Origin: Paragordius varius
Taxonomy: Eukaryota; Animalia; Nematomorpha
DNA length: 64,000 bases
Assembly: GCA_964247055.1 (NCBI GenBank)
Contig: OZ176052.1
Span: 4,216,001-4,280,000 of the forward strand
Direction: 5' to 3'
Shown here piece by piece: positions 61,401 to 64,000 of this stretch (position 1 is its first letter; every line of letters begins with the position of its first letter). The notes under the pieces are model-generated. The model was not told where the DNA came from and did not search any database. It worked only from the letters and a program-made list of their open reading frames with translations. A program made the position numbers and the translations under genes.

Positions 61401-64000
61401 AATTATTAATTCTACTATGCCAGTAAATGCTACATTTGATGGCTTACATATTAAACATAACAAGGGTCGTGGACTTGTTTATGATGTTTCACCCATTTCA
61501 GAATCAACTAATAATTTTGTTAATGAAAACAGATATTTTGATCAATTTTGTTCATTTAACGCCAAAACTAACGGTCAAGTTTACCCGATTTATTTGGCCG
61601 GGAATCAATATTCACAATGTGAACAGGTAAAAAAATTATTTTTTTATTTGTGTTTTTTTCAAAAAATATTAAATTAGATAAAATGTAATTATCATAATTT
61701 ATCAATCATTGTATTACATAGGTGTTTTATGCTGAGAGTCACATCTTTACAATCCATTTATTAATGAGTCGTTCTACACCAAACCCAAAGCCCACTAATA
61801 ATGATGATACCATCGTACCCTATTTAGTAATTTCTATGGATGAATCTGATAACGTTTACGAAAATGTTACATATTTACCACTTTTAAGCAATGAATTACC
61901 ACCAAGTTTACACCTTAAAGGACAAAACTTAAGGATGTCGGTAAAATTTGGTTATCCCAATCATACTTTAATCCACTCCTCAAGTTATTCTATGGCCGCT
62001 ATTTCTGATTATAACTTTCATTTTGCTTTGGCTATTTATGACCAATTCATGTATGATTTAAGCATAACCAACAGTCACATAAATGATAATGAACTCCAAG
62101 GTTTAGTGCTTAATAATGCTAAGGCAGGAATCACCATAACTGATTCCATCATTGCCCACAATGGGTATCGTTCGGGTTTGCAATTAAGTGGCTTGAAAAA
62201 TTTCTTAACCATTCACAATGTAACATGGGTTGGGAATGCGGACAGTTCAATGAATGTTACAAATGCCGAAGGAACCATAAATGTAACACAATCCAAAGTT
62301 ATAGGCTCACGAGGAGGAGGTACAGGTCTGGGTTTAGCATTTTATCTGCCCCTCAATGATGATTCAATTATCAACAATGTTTCATCAAGGCTGAAAGAAT
62401 GCCTAATAGATATTAGTCAAACTTATTTTGTGGGAAATCAAGGCCCTTCAATCCTTTACACCAAGTTTCCTATCACCCCGACACAAAAAACTTTGCTTGA
62501 ATCTCAAGTTTCTCATCAAATGCGGTCACCTTTTGTAGAAAATGATAAGGTGAGACAATCTCTGCAAATAACCTTTTCCCGTTTTGAACAGAACAAAGAT
62601 GATTCTATCAAAATTAATATGGTATCACCGACCAAATATGTTAAAAGAAATATCTGCTCTTTACGGGATAAATTTATACTTGATATAAATAACAATACAT
62701 TTGAGAATAATGATAGACCCGGCATTCATATTGTTAGCGATGCGTCGTGGCCAAACCCATGTCCCTACGCAATCAATATTGGATCAAACACTTTTAATGT
62801 CAGTAATGGCGGTATAACTTTTGTAGAACATTCTCCACAACAAAATATAGATGAAATTGTATCAAACATCGATCTTCAACATAACATTAACCCTAATGCC
62901 ATACAAAATATTCCAAATGTGGCATTAAATAATTACCTAAATATCGAATATAATTACTTTATAAGAAATTATGGAACTTCGGTAGTGTATGTAGATTCAC
63001 CCGGAGACACAAATCATTTTCATATGTTTCATGCTCCACACCATTCCATTCAATTAACGACGCGCATAATGTATAATCACTTTGTGAACAATGTCATTCG
63101 TTTACGAGCCCGTAAATTGGATGAAAAGCCAAGAACTATCCGTTCTAGATCACGTATTAATGCTGTGCTCACTATTGCAGGTTGTAGCAAAAATATATTA
63201 GTACAACGGAACCATTTTGCAAATGCTCCTCTCTACTCAGATTACGAAATAGGTATGGGAAATGTTTAATTTTTTATACAAGCAAGTAGCTATATATAAT
63301 AAATAAAAAGATCTTTTTAATTGGCCCATAGAGAAATTAGTTTTTGCTTATATAGAGAAGGTTCGAAATATATAGATGCATTCAAAAATAATTTAATTTT
63401 ATTATTTAAGCATATGCAACTTAGCAATATTCTATAGTTCTTGCCGATTGAAAAGGCTTATTCAAGTTTGAGAAATGGCAATTTTTTGAATTTTTGTTAG
63501 TATATTTTTGCAAATTATAGATTTCCAAATTTTTCGCAGGTCCTCATGTTGACGCCTTACAGAAAGCATACTTATCAATAAAACAAACAATTTTTTAAAT
63601 ATGCCAACTTATTATATTTTGGCTCTTTACTATATAAAATGTGTTGTTCCATAATTTTTTTGATACTAGATATATAAATATAATTAATAAAAAAGGTTTT
63701 ATTCATATTCCATATTTTTTAAACCATATCACAAGGTACCCGTTGCACTGATCGCTCTATTGATTTCAATGCTGCATATAATTGGTTTGATACACAACTA
63801 GTTGTTGATCAATACCACGTGAATGAAATCTATGACAAGGTTTTTGATCGAAAAATGCGTTATAACCTTGCTGGTATAACGGTTCACCCATTTTTACGGA
63901 CTGAAAATCTGAATGGGCCCACATCTATGTCACCTTTTACGCGTAAATTTATGCGCCGTAGTACAGAAATGAATAATGATGATGGTCAACAAGTAGTTTT
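58440..64000 (+). CDS. bark: Bark beetle/Anakonda-like SRCR and beta-helix cell-junction protein, 5' part. Exons 58440-58877, 59772-59938, 60362-60597, 60781-61311, 61391-61626, 61722-63252, 63736 to window end
   Basis: Signal-peptide-like N-terminus; GSPYTIEDDIIIP..SNVFIQPGVELRFAPGVGIDVYGSLIAKG; SRCR repeat RLVDGP..GTIQLLYKNKWRTVC...VACQSAGY...C.G.E....C; HWRGITF; many N-rich beta-helix repeats; YNWF...KVFDRKMRYNLA. Phases are consistent. Orthology is judged from memory of the family. Confidence 0.8.

Noticed and set aside
63540-63600. Candidate bark exon after ttttcgcag
   Set aside because: Reaches a stop within 20 codons, whereas the acceptor at 63735 gives an open, family-like continuation.
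1-64000. CRISPR arrays, tRNA/rRNA/snRNA genes, U12-type introns
   Set aside because: No regularly spaced repeat-spacer array, no recognisable structural RNA, and no GTATCCTT/ATATCCTT donor among the modelled introns. A covariance-model search (Infernal/Rfam) was not possible, so small RNAs may have been missed.

Overview
Very AT-rich animal (metazoan) genomic DNA with spliceosomal introns. There is no sign of prokaryotic organisation or CRISPR, and I recognised no rRNA or tRNA gene. I reconstructed six protein-coding genes by hand: (1) a TPR-less SGT1/SUGT1 (8461-13730, +, 7 exons, 194 aa); (2) an orphan single-pass membrane protein (16002-13916, -, probably 2 exons, about 589 aa); (3) an intronless NDUFB7 with a ~100-aa His-rich insert (18841-18128, -); (4) a puromycin-sensitive aminopeptidase/NPEPPS, head-to-head with NDUFB7 (19142-31992, +, 21 exons, 896 aa); (5) SART1/Snu66 (43822-52285, +, 20 exons, 781 aa); (6) the 5' part of a Bark beetle/Anakonda-like SRCR protein (58440 to the window end). 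Intergenic DNA and long introns are full of transposon debris. This includes six piggyBac-like TTAA MITEs, a deleted Chapaev3-like element, a 1.2-kb foldback, a Helitron, decayed RTE-type LINEs, several hAT and Tc1/pogo-type MITEs, and a 5.8-kb hAT-in-hAT nest with two perfect 8-bp TSDs. The most striking signal is intron architecture. All 9 modelled introns starting within about 400 nt of a start codon are 60 nt or shorter (seven are 23-25 nt, one is 35 nt), while all 43 further downstream are 74 nt or longer (up to 4.4 kb). All four 24-nt introns carry an in-frame stop, and one 23-nt intron appears to end in GG rather than AG. Other highlights are a hAT element carrying an inverted, deletion-riddled copy of its own transposase gene (a potential hairpin silencer) and the doubled-length complex I subunit. 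The organism cannot be identified from this window; a reduced invertebrate parasite (dicyemid, orthonectid or myxozoan type) is only a guess. Gene models are manual and lack RNA support, and repeat boundaries described as approximate are estimates.
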